This document shows positions 7,818-16,215 of a stretch of DNA of 64,000 nt, one piece after another. Source of the DNA: Candidatus Poriferisodalis sp. (GTDB lineage Bacteria > Actinomycetota > Acidimicrobiia > Acidimicrobiales > Poriferisodalaceae); the NCBI GenBank assembly GCA_965226645.1, contig CBDDDL010000002.1:667147-731146 (forward strand). The letters are read 5' to 3'. Each line of letters starts with the position of its first letter. The stretch's first letter is position 1. Both the position numbers and the translations under genes were made by a program. The notes under the pieces were generated by a model that was given only the letters and a program-made list of their open reading frames with translations, was not told the origin of the DNA and did no database searches.

Positions 7818-9671
7818 CTACTCGTACACGTTGAAGGACCAGCTCACCGGTTCGACAGTGGCTGAGGATTGGTAAGTGGCTGTCCATCTTCCTGGAATGA
7901 GCGGGGTATCGGCGATGAGGAACACCGCATTGCTCCCTCGCAAGATGGAGCGTCCAGTTCCTCCGTAGACAGCGTCGGTCGTCGTATAGGTGTGCTCATC
8001 CACGCGGCACAGCGTGCCGTCGGCGGTTCGATGGTGTGAACCTCCAGGGCCGACAAGCTCGGCGACGGCCAGGGGGTCGGTATCAGTGGGAAGCATGATG
8101 ATCAGCGGCAGTCCCACAGCGCCAGCGCGGTATCCCTCGCACGACTCGAGCGGCGAGGGCAACTCGCCCCGGAAGCGCATGAGTGGAACCCAACTGCCGG
8201 GACCTGGAAACAGCACGATGTCGTCGTGGGTTGTGTGGCCAAGTCCGCGAATGACGTCCAATCCGGTGTTCAGTCCAACGCCGTCGACGCGCGCGAAAGC
8301 GACGCTCTCGAGCTGGGGGCGCAAGATACCAATGGCACGAAATGGGGCAGCCATCCATTGATCGATTGCCGCGGCATCGCTCGTCGCGACGCCCAAGTTG
8401 GATGATCGACCCGCGGCAGCGCCAGCGTCGCTGTAGTGGGGGCTTGCCGGATTCTCATAGTGCGCATTCGCGTACGTACCGATCCGAAGCGAGGGGTCGG
8501 TGAATCGAAGGTATTCGAGATGCTTCCTTATTCCCTCCGAACGATCGGGACGGTCCACAACTTCGGAGAGCCCCGATCCGGTTCGGTAAGCGTTGATACG
8601 GGCTAGCCACGCCGTCGGGAGCCGTTCAGGCACAACTTGATTGGCCTGCGCGTACAGCGCCGCCGAGGCAGCAGCGCCGATTCGGTCGGTGTCGGCAATC
8701 CGCACTACCGAAACTGGGTCGAGAAGTGCCGCTAGCTCCGTCTCAATACTGCCGGTCAATGTGGCGACGCTGCCGACCAACACCACATCAGTCGGGGCGA
8801 GACGGGTAACCGCATCGCTGCTGGAGGCTCCGAGCGTGTCTGTGTTGGAGAACAGCACGCTGCCGCCCAGCGCCGCGGCCAGCGGAGCAGCGATGCCCAC
8901 ATCCGCTGGCGACCAGCCGTTGGCGATCACCACTGGGCTGCCGGCGGGTGCGGCCGCCAACAACGCTGCCTTGGCAGCACTGTCAATCCGGTCGGCGCCC
9001 GCGAGCCGCTCGACAGGAACTCTGTCGAGGAGTTCGGCGAGCTGTGCCTCGATGTCCGTTGACAGAGCGGCGGTTCCGCCCACCAGGATGATCTTCGACG
9101 GCGCCAGCTGAGCCAACGCTGTGACCGTGGATTCACCGAGCTCGGGTTGAGACGAGAACAGCACGCTGCCGCTCAGCCCCGCGGCCAGTGGCGCTGCAGC
9201 GCCCACGTCAGCGGGCGACCAGCCGTTAGCGACCACCACCGCCCGACCCGGGGGAGCGGCTGGCCAGTAGAACGCCGCTGCTCTTGCCGCAGTATCGATC
9301 CGGTCGGCGCCGCTGAGGCGATCCACGCGCACACTCGGCAAGAGTTCGAACAGCTCGTCATCAATCGCAGCGGTCAGCGCCGCAGTGCCGCCCATAAGGA
9401 TGATCTTGGACGGCAAAAGCTGCTTCAGCGCATCCGCTGCCTCCGTGCCGAGTGCGTCCGCCGACGCATACAGCACGCGTCCGCCCAGTCGATTCGCCAA
9501 CGGCGCCGCAGCGCCCACATCCGCGGACGACCAGCCGTTTGCAATCACCACTACGCCGCCGCCCGACGTGTCGGTTTGCGCCGCCCCCAACGGCTGCACG
9601 GCCAGCGTCACGCCTAGCAACACCGCGAGACACACGAGGCCGAACAGCCGACGGAACCTTGTCACGGTCAT
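7818..9671 (-). CDS. Secreted protein with three tandem cell-wall-binding (CWB2-like) repeats and a ~260-aa C-terminal globular domain of unknown function
   Basis: Signal peptide MTVTRFRRLFGLVCLAVLLGVTLAVQPLGAAQT. Three ~100-aa repeats each with ..IANGWS.ADVGAAAPLA..LGG.VL...L.GGTAALS.....L..L..V.R..GADRID[TS]AA.. Coding GC3. Confidence 0.75.
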   Translation of the reverse strand: MTVTRFRRLFGLVCLAVLLGVTLAVQPLGAAQTDTSGGGVVVIANGWSSADVGAAAPLANRLGGRVLYASADALGTEAADALKQLLPSKIILMGGTAALTAAIDDELFELLPSVRVDRLSGADRIDTAARAAAFYWPAAPPGRAVVVANGWSPADVGAAAPLAAGLSGSVLFSSQPELGESTVTALAQLAPSKIILVGGTAALSTDIEAQLAELLDRVPVERLAGADRIDSAAKAALLAAAPAGSPVVIANGWSPADVGIAAPLAAALGGSVLFSNTDTLGASSSDAVTRLAPTDVVLVGSVATLTGSIETELAALLDPVSVVRIADTDRIGAAASAALYAQANQVVPERLPTAWLARINAYRTGSGLSEVVDRPDRSEGIRKHLEYLRFTDPSLRIGTYANAHYENPASPHYSDAGAAAGRSSNLGVATSDAAAIDQWMAAPFRAIGILRPQLESVAFARVDGVGLNTGLDVIRGLGHTTHDDIVLFPGPGSWVPLMRFRGELPSPLESCEGYRAGAVGLPLIIMLPTDTDPLAVAELVGPGGSHHRTADGTLCRVDEHTYTTTDAVYGGTGRSILRGSNAVFLIADTPLIPGRWTATYQSSATVEPVSWSFNVYE

Positions 9672-9793
9672 GAGAAGCTAGCTGCCGCTGCGCGAACGGC
9701 GAGCAGAGAGCGCACCGAACCGAGGTCTCGGTCATGGCCGACACCACTGTCGCATTCTCGAGGGCCAGCCAGGGGGGATTCCGGGCAGCGAGG

Positions 9794-11185
9794 CTAGCTA
9801 TCGGCGGCTGCAGACTCCGGCGGCGCGCTGCGGTCGCTGATCATGCCGGTAGGCGGCTCGTCGGGATGATCGCCTGCTTTGCCCGACAGAGCCAGTATCA
9901 CGAGCGCTGCTACGCCCGCGCCGGCGGAGGCGACCAAAATGCCGATCTTGGCGAGGTTGGTGATGCCGCCGTCGTCAAACGCCAAGCCCGTGATGAAGAT
10001 CGACACGGTGAACCCGATGCCTGCGGCGAAGCCCATGCCGATGAACTGCGGCCAGTTCATTCCCTCGGGCAGGTTGAATCCGAAGCGGGTCGCTACCCAG
10101 GTGAACAGCGTGATCCCCACCGGTTTGCCAATGACTAGACCCGCCACCACGCCCCAGGTCACCGGCGAGCCTGCGGCATCGGAGATCGCGTCGCCCGACA
10201 GCGGCACGCCAGCGTTCGCGAGGGCGAACAGCGGCACGATGAGAAATGCCGTGAACGGGTGGAACATCGTCTCCAGCCGTTCAGTCATCGGCACGGATTC
10301 CTGCACCAGGAACGACGCTTGGTGGACTTGCTCGATGCTGGGACGTTCCGGCAGATGGTCCACCACGTCCTGAGCCTGCCCCCGGCCGAGCAGCGGCCTC
10401 GCAGGCGTCAGCAGGCCCAGCGCGACACCAGCGATGGTGGCATGGACACCCGATTCGAGCGTGGCGTACCAGGCAACCAAACCGATCACCCAGTAGATCT
10501 CGAGGGCCCAAACCCGCATCACGGTGAGCAGCCTGATGACCACGAGGAGCGCGACGGCGAGCAGCAGCCACTTGAGATTCAGGTCGCTCGTGTAGAAGAT
10601 GGCGATCACGGCAATGGCGCCGATGTCGTCGACGATCGCCAATGTCAGCAAGAACAGCTTCAGCATCGGCGGAATCCGCGAGCCCAGCAGCGCCACTACG
10701 CCCACGGCGAACGCGATGTCGGTGGCCATCGGGATGCCCCAACCTGACGCGGCATCGCCGGACGGATTGAGCATGAAGTACAGCAGCGCCGGCGCGACCA
10801 TCCCGCCGATTGCTGCAATCGCCGGCAGCGTGGCCGCGCGCACGCTCGCCAGATAACCCGTCACCAGCTCGCGCTTGATCTCGAGGCCGACCACGAAGAA
10901 GAACAACGCCATGAGCGCGTCGTTCACGAACTCCTCGAGTGTGAGCGGATGCAGGTGAAAACCGCCGACCGAGATGTCGATGTGCGTGTGCCAGAAGTCG
11001 ACGTAGGCGTCGCTCCAGGGCGAATTTGCCCAGATGAGCGCTGCGCTGGTCGCCAGCAGCAACAGCACGCTGCCAGCCACCTCGCGGTGGACGAACTTCA
11101 AGATCGGCCGCGCCAAAAAGCGAGCAAGCCGGCTGCTCCCGCCTGCGAAAGTCTCCCGCTGGTACAGGTACTCCGGTCCGGCCAT
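9794..11185 (-). CDS. nhaA: Na+/H+ antiporter NhaA
   Basis: 463 aa, 12 TM. Conserved NhaA segments (..FFFVVGLEIKRE.., ..AFAVGVVALLG.., ..VDDIGAIAVIAIFYT..). Confidence 0.9.
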   Translation of the reverse strand: MAGPEYLYQRETFAGGSSRLARFLARPILKFVHREVAGSVLLLLATSAALIWANSPWSDAYVDFWHTHIDISVGGFHLHPLTLEEFVNDALMALFFFVVGLEIKRELVTGYLASVRAATLPAIAAIGGMVAPALLYFMLNPSGDAASGWGIPMATDIAFAVGVVALLGSRIPPMLKLFLLTLAIVDDIGAIAVIAIFYTSDLNLKWLLLAVALLVVIRLLTVMRVWALEIYWVIGLVAWYATLESGVHATIAGVALGLLTPARPLLGRGQAQDVVDHLPERPSIEQVHQASFLVQESVPMTERLETMFHPFTAFLIVPLFALANAGVPLSGDAISDAAGSPVTWGVVAGLVIGKPVGITLFTWVATRFGFNLPEGMNWPQFIGMGFAAGIGFTVSIFITGLAFDDGGITNLAKIGILVASAGAGVAALVILALSGKAGDHPDEPPTGMISDRSAPPESAAADS

Positions 11186-11262
11186 ACGGGCGCAAAGGAT
11201 ACGGCCACCGTCGCTGGTGCCTTGCCGCCGATCAGCCTCCGGGGTGCCTCGTCAACCGATGT

Positions 11263-11631
11263 TCAGCCGACAGTAAGACGCTCCACGGCGTCCTGTATCC
11301 CGGAAGCCATTTCGAAGAGCGGCTCGACACCGGTGTCGACCAGCGTGGCGCTGATTTCACGGTCCGTGACGACCAGCGACATTGCGCCCCCAGCGCCCTG
11401 ACAGCGCCGCCGAGCGTCGAGCAGCACGCCGAGGACCACCGGTGCCAACAAGTCGACATCGGTCAGGTCCACGATGAGCCTCGGCGGCGAACCTGCGGTG
11501 GCCAGCGCCGACCGCAGCGCACTGTCCAGCGACGCAATGGCTCCCAGATCGAGTTCGCCACGCGGGGTCACAACAACGGCACCCGAACCGTCTGCTGCGG
11601 TGACTGTGCGCTCGGAGATGCCGGAGATCAA
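11263..11631 (-). CDS. STAS-domain anti-sigma factor antagonist
   Basis: 122 aa. ..VTPRGELDLGAIASLDSAL...PPRLIVDLTDVDLLAPVVLGVLLDARRR.. is the typical SpoIIAA/RsbV fold pattern. Confidence 0.75.
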   Translation of the reverse strand: MISGISERTVTAADGSGAVVVTPRGELDLGAIASLDSALRSALATAGSPPRLIVDLTDVDLLAPVVLGVLLDARRRCQGAGGAMSLVVTDREISATLVDTGVEPLFEMASGIQDAVERLTVG

Positions 11632-11688
11632 CCCAGCCCCCGATGCCGTCGGTCCGGGGGCGGCTGGGTGATGGGCTCTCGGTCCGGC

Positions 11689-12813
11689 TCACGCAAAGCG
11701 AGGCATCACCTTGTCGCTGATGAGTTCGAGCGACGAGTTGATCTGGTCGGCGGAGTGGATGCCCTGGGGCACCAGGAAGAACGCCTCCTCGATGCCGAGC
11801 AGCGTCTGCGCCTCTTCGATCTGGCGGCTGATGGTGTCGGGGCTGCCGACGAGCTGCAGCGGCATGCCTTGGCCGAACTGGATGGCCCACTGATTCCAGA
11901 ACCACTCCATGTCGGCGAACTGGCGCCAGGCCTCCTCGTCGGTGGGCGCGCACACGGCCACCCCGCCCCAGCCGCACTCGTGCCCACGGGGCTTGTCGAC
12001 ACCGTGGCGAGCGGCCTCCTCGCGGTACGCCTTCCAGAGCGCCTCGCAGAAATCCATCTTGTCGCTCAGCACGATCGGCGTGCCGCCATAACGCGCCCAG
12101 AACACGGCCGAGCTCATCGACATCGTGAACCCGCCGTACAGCGGCGGGTGCGGTGACTGCAGCGGGCGTGGCGCGATGCCGACTTCGTGGATGGTCATGT
12201 CCGCATCGACGCCAGCGCCGTAGTCGGAATACACGGTGTGGGTGTGCGGGTTCAGGTTGTCGTTGGGGAAGCGCCAGAACTCGCCCTCATAGGAGAACGT
12301 TTCGCTGCGAAGCGCTGTCAGCACCACATCGACGAACTCTTCGAAGAACCGGCGGTTGTACGCGTCGTCGTGGGTGTCGCGGTTCCACTTGCCGACTGCG
12401 GCGAGGTCGGGGCGGATCTTGAACTGATCCACCCAGCGGTGCTGGTAGCCGCGCACCACGCCGAAGCACAGCCGCCCACCGGTCATGTGGTCGAGGGTTG
12501 CCACCTGCTCTGCAACCCGCAGCGGGTTGTGCGTGGTCGACACGTAGCCGCAGGCGATCGGGCGCAGCCGGGTGGTGTGCTGGGCAATCCAGCTGGCCAT
12601 CAGATTCAGATCGTTGGAGATCTCGAATCCCTCGATCTGCAGGTGGTGCTCTGGGTGGCCCAAGCCGTACCAGCCGGCCTCGTCGGCGAAGCGCGCGATC
12701 TCGGCAATCTCGCCGAGCATGCGCTGGTAGTAGTCGTTGTTGAGTCCTGCGAGGCCGCCTTCTAACTCGTGGCGGCGGCCGATCGTGCAGTACATGAACA
12801 AGCTGAACTTCAC
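11689..12813 (-). CDS. LLM-class (luciferase-like) flavin-dependent oxidoreductase
   Basis: Track ORF 11689..12882. The conserved start is probably the GTG giving VKFSLFMYCT.., so the first 23 track residues are likely non-coding. TIM-barrel LLM motifs throughout. Confidence 0.8.
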   Translation of the reverse strand: MKFSLFMYCTIGRRHELEGGLAGLNNDYYQRMLGEIAEIARFADEAGWYGLGHPEHHLQIEGFEISNDLNLMASWIAQHTTRLRPIACGYVSTTHNPLRVAEQVATLDHMTGGRLCFGVVRGYQHRWVDQFKIRPDLAAVGKWNRDTHDDAYNRRFFEEFVDVVLTALRSETFSYEGEFWRFPNDNLNPHTHTVYSDYGAGVDADMTIHEVGIAPRPLQSPHPPLYGGFTMSMSSAVFWARYGGTPIVLSDKMDFCEALWKAYREEAARHGVDKPRGHECGWGGVAVCAPTDEEAWRQFADMEWFWNQWAIQFGQGMPLQLVGSPDTISRQIEEAQTLLGIEEAFFLVPQGIHSADQINSSLELISDKVMPRFA

Positions 12814-12981
12814 CCCGAACCCCCGTCGGCTCGACCCGCAGCCGCCCCGCGCGACCACTTCGCGGAGTGTAGGTGAGTGCACTACGGCACGTTCCGGCGG
12901 CTGTCGTCTGCGGGTGTCAAGACACAGGTGCGCGTTCAGCCACTACATGAACGCACGTTCAGGACTAGGTTTTCCTACGGC

Positions 12982-13701
12982 ATGGCCAGCACCGATGCAG
13001 CCTCCGGCAGTTCAGGCGCAGTCGCCGGCAGTTCCGCCGAATCGGGCCCCATGGACAGCACCGTCGCCACCGAAGCCGAAGAGAACGACATCAACGGCAA
13101 CGGCCGTCGGGTCCGCAAAGGCGAGCGCAGCCGGATGCGCATTCTTGACGCTGCCGCGCGTCTGCTCTCGTGCCGCGGCTACGCCGCCACCACGCTGACC
13201 GACATCGCCGGCGCCGCCGAGATGCAGGCCGGCAGCCTCTACTACCACTTCGACTCGAAAGACGCGATCGTCGAAGAGGTGCTGCGGGTCGGCATCGACC
13301 ACGCCCGCAGCGCCATCGACGCGGCGCTCGAGGCTCTTGGTCCTGATGCCTCGGGCTCGGATCGGCTGGCCGAGACCATCGTGGCGTACGTGAACTGCAT
13401 CGTGGCCGCGAGCAGCTTCACCGTCGCCAACATTCGCTGCTACAACGAGTCGCCGCCGCACACCCGCGAGAACCTCACGGTGCCGCTGCGTGAATTCGCG
13501 AACCTCTGGGTGGGGCTGATTTCCGAAGGCCAGGCCGACGGCTCGTTGCGCGCAGACACCAACGCCAAGGTCCTCGCCAGGCTGATGATCTCGGGCCTCA
13601 ACTCTCTCGCGAGCTGGTACCGCCCCGGCGGCGAACTCCGCCTCGACGACCTCGCCCGCCAATTCGCCGCCATGGTCCTCACGGGTTTGCAGCCCGCCTG
13701 A
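12982..13701 (+). CDS. TetR/AcrR-family transcriptional regulator
   Basis: HTH ..RILDAAARLLSCRGYAATTLTDIAGAAEMQAGSLYYHFDSKDAIV.. Start taken at MASTDAAS; the track ORF begins upstream at 12877. Divergent from the LLM gene. Confidence 0.85.
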   Translation: MASTDAASGSSGAVAGSSAESGPMDSTVATEAEENDINGNGRRVRKGERSRMRILDAAARLLSCRGYAATTLTDIAGAAEMQAGSLYYHFDSKDAIVEEVLRVGIDHARSAIDAALEALGPDASGSDRLAETIVAYVNCIVAASSFTVANIRCYNESPPHTRENLTVPLREFANLWVGLISEGQADGSLRADTNAKVLARLMISGLNSLASWYRPGGELRLDDLARQFAAMVLTGLQPA

Positions 13702-13737
13702 ACTTCGAATAGTCGTTCTCAGCAGTAGCGTCCGCTG

Positions 13738-14856
13738 GTGCAATTCCCCATCCGGCTCGCGCTGCTTCTGCGGCCGACAGTCAAGATCGGCATCCTGCTC
13801 GCGGTCGGCTTCAGCGCCCTCGCGTTCGTGTCGACGCCGTTCCTGTTGCCGGAGATCTCCGAGCACTACGGCATCAGCCTCGGCGCAGCTTCCATGATCG
13901 GGGTGTTCCAGCTGGGCGGTTTCGTGGTGACCTCATGGGGCGCCGGTCGCTGGCTGCAGCCACGCGGGTGGGTCTTCGTCACCAGTCTCGGGGCGGCTGC
14001 GGCAGCCAATCTGGCATCGGCCGCCCTGCCCGCATTCGCGGTGCTCGTGGCGTTGCGGCTTGTCAGCGGTCTCGCTCTTGGGCTTCTGGCCTGGTACGGA
14101 TGGGTTCAGGCCTTCGGCGACACGCGCCGAATGGACGATGTGGCGGTGACCGGCCCCTTGGTCGGACTGATCGCTGCACCGCTCATCTCGGTGCTCCTCA
14201 CAGCTGGCGGCGCACGACTCGTGTTCGCTGCGTTGGCGGGCGTGTCGCTCATCCCTCTCGCGTTCGGTTACCGAAGCGCAGTGGACGATCTCCCGAGAGC
14301 GACCACGCGCAATCGTGCCGTGCCCGCCGCCCGGATCCTGCTGATCTGTCTGGGCTTGTTCACCCTCGGCGGCTCGTCGGTCTTCGTGTTCGCCGTCGTC
14401 TTGGGAACCGGCAACACATCGATGTCAGTGACGGTGATCGCTGTCGCCTTCAGCCTCAACGCCCTGGTTGGGATCCCGGCGGTTCGATGGAAGGCCCCCC
14501 GCAAGTTTCCGGGTCCCCCGATGGCAGCCACAGCGGCGTGCCTGATCCTCATCGCGACATCAACGCAATCGTGGCTGTTCTTCGGTGCCCTCGTGGCGTG
14601 GGGCTTCTTCTTCTGGCTGGCCATACCGGGAGTGTTCGAAGTCCTGGCCAGCCGGTCCCGCTATCCCGAAGAACGTGCAGGCGACGCCCAAGCAGTCATG
14701 GCCGCAGGCCGCGCCGGCGGACCGCTGCTCGGCGGTGTACTGATCGACACCCTCGGCACCACAGCGCTAGGCGTCGTCGGCGGCAGCCTCGTGCTGATCT
14801 CCGCGATCGGTGTCTTCACCGTTCGCAACGTCGCCCCGCCCCTGCCGAACGCCTGA
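13738..14856 (+). CDS. MFS transporter
   Basis: 372 aa, about 12 TM helices, immediately downstream of the TetR gene. Start codon uncertain (GTG). Confidence 0.75.
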   Translation: MQFPIRLALLLRPTVKIGILLAVGFSALAFVSTPFLLPEISEHYGISLGAASMIGVFQLGGFVVTSWGAGRWLQPRGWVFVTSLGAAAAANLASAALPAFAVLVALRLVSGLALGLLAWYGWVQAFGDTRRMDDVAVTGPLVGLIAAPLISVLLTAGGARLVFAALAGVSLIPLAFGYRSAVDDLPRATTRNRAVPAARILLICLGLFTLGGSSVFVFAVVLGTGNTSMSVTVIAVAFSLNALVGIPAVRWKAPRKFPGPPMAATAACLILIATSTQSWLFFGALVAWGFFFWLAIPGVFEVLASRSRYPEERAGDAQAVMAAGRAGGPLLGGVLIDTLGTTALGVVGGSLVLISAIGVFTVRNVAPPLPNA

Positions 14857-14879
14857 GCGGCCACGCCAACAACTGTCAC

Positions 14880-14923
14880 AAACCAACACACATCACTCAA
14901 ACTCCATGCGAGTGTGTTGGTTT
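14880..14923. other. Perfect 12-bp-stem inverted repeat (aaaccaacacac ... gtgtgttggttt) with a third direct copy at 14941-14953; possible terminator or operator
   Basis: Seen directly in the sequence 24 nt after the MFS stop, in a lower-GC intergenic stretch. No U-tract follows. Confidence 0.3.
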
Positions 14924-15121
14924 ACGAACGACACAACGCGTAAACCAACACAGATGAGGTAGCGGCGACTCACACCGCTTCCTCCCGAGAGAACCGAACG
15001 GGCTGAGGATTCCACTACGTTCCGGCAGACACCTGATCCGTGGGTTTGGCATTGCGCTTCGGCTCATGCACCGTGGACTCCTATGCGCCTGAGGAAGTGC
15101 CCCATCGACTCATATATCGAC

Positions 15122-15150
15122 TTGTCTCTATACTGAGTACGCTCTATAAT
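15122..15150 (+). promoter_or_regulatory. Sigma70/SigA-like promoter (TTGTCT - 17 nt - TATAAT) 6 nt upstream of the GTG of the HigB-like gene, giving a leaderless or near-leaderless transcript
   Basis: cgacTTGTCTctatactgagtacgctcTATAATctgattGTG. Local AT-rich island in an otherwise GC-rich window. Confidence 0.5.
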
Positions 15151-15156
15151 CTGATT

Positions 15157-15534
15157 GTGAAGTGGGAGGTGAGCGGCACAGACGAATTTGCCGAATGGTA
15201 CGACGGCCTTGCCGAAGCGCATCCAGACGGGCTTGTGGCGGCTGTCGAAATGCTCCGGGAGCACGGCCCTCGCTTGGGCCGGCCCCGTGCTGACCGGATT
15301 GAGGGTTCCAAGCATCACAACATGAAAGAGCTCCGGCCGCCCGGTGCCGCGAAGAACTTGCGCGTACTTTTCATGTTCGGCCCGCACCGCGAAGCCATCT
15401 TGCTGGTCGGCGGCGACAAGGGCGGCCAATGGAACAGCTGGTACAAGACAGCGATTCCCGAAGCCGAGCGTCTCTACGAGCGATACCTGGGCGAGATCGG
15501 CGCCGCGAACCCCCGCCACACCGCGCACGAATGA
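15157..15534 (+). CDS. higB: HigB-like toxin (Gp49/DUF891, RelE/ParE superfamily)
   Basis: ..ELRPPGAAKNLRVLFMFGPHREAILLVGGDKGGQWNSWYKTAIPEAERLYERYL.. matches the Gp49-like HigB pattern (R[IV]L[FY]FF..[KR].[IV]LL.GF.K....Y...I..A..). Toxin-first gene order with a downstream HTH. Start taken at the GTG after the promoter; the track ORF starts at 15040. Confidence 0.6.
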   Translation: MKWEVSGTDEFAEWYDGLAEAHPDGLVAAVEMLREHGPRLGRPRADRIEGSKHHNMKELRPPGAAKNLRVLFMFGPHREAILLVGGDKGGQWNSWYKTAIPEAERLYERYLGEIGAANPRHTAHE

Positions 15535-15554
15535 ACGAAGGAGGATCACACAAC

Positions 15555-15893
15555 ATGGGACATCGAAAGTTCAGCGACATCGTCGGCGAGATCAGCCCTG
15601 AACGCCGCGCCCGCATCGACGCAATCAAGCAAGCAGCCCGGGCCGACGCTGTGGCATTCAGCCTCGCTGAGGTCCGCAAGCGTCGCGACATCACACAGGT
15701 CAACCTCGCCCAGCAGATGCAGCGTTCCCAAGCGTCTATCTCGGCGATGGAGACAGCCGGCGACAACCTGCTCTCCACTTGGCTGAGCGCCATGGAAGCC
15801 ATGGGAGGCCGTCTCGAACTCGTGGCCGTGTTCGACGACGAGCGAATCGCCATTCCCACCGACGGATCCGAGCTCACAGCAACATCAATGTGA
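15555..15893 (+). CDS. higA: HigA-like XRE-family HTH antitoxin
   Basis: AAGGAGGA Shine-Dalgarno 9 nt upstream of ATG. MGHRKFSDIVGEISPERRARIDAIKQ..LAEVRKRRDITQVNLAQQMQRSQASISAMETAG.. 112 aa. Confidence 0.7.
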   Translation: MGHRKFSDIVGEISPERRARIDAIKQAARADAVAFSLAEVRKRRDITQVNLAQQMQRSQASISAMETAGDNLLSTWLSAMEAMGGRLELVAVFDDERIAIPTDGSELTATSM

Positions 15894-16215
15894 AGCGAGA
15901 AGCGTTCTCCATTCATGCGCTGAGAACGACCGGTGCGTCTCACGCTGCCACGTGGCGTCCTGAGAGTGGCCGAACAACGCAACCTGCAAATCAGCGCACA
16001 TGACCCAATCTGGCTCTACGCAACCGTATCGACAGCGGGTACCTGACGTCGTCGATGACATCGAACGCAGGTTGTTGCACCGGACACGCTTGAGGGGCGA
16101 AGCAATGGCCGCGATCTGGCAGGAACCAATGCTCGAAGCCGGCGGCGCCGCGGTTGCCCTGGGCGTCAAGCCCTCGAATCGGGAGAAGGTGCGCCAATAC
16201 GGATGGTGCGAGCGC

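Noticed and set aside
9147-9747. Overlapping ORFs 9147..9617 (+), 9361..9747 (-), 9385..9681 (+) and 9452..9673 (+)
   Set aside because: All lie inside or antisense to the CWB-repeat gene and show R-rich compositional junk.
12187-12765. + strand ORF inside the LLM gene
   Set aside because: Antisense artefact; the minus-strand LLM reading has clear family motifs.
13012-13866. 284-aa minus-strand ORF overlapping the TetR gene
   Set aside because: R/G-rich antisense artefact; the TetR frame has a clean HTH.
13935-14957. 340-aa + ORF (MGRRSLAAATRVGLRHQSRGG...) within the MFS gene
   Set aside because: An alternative frame of the MFS gene with extreme Arg/Pro content and no TM logic.
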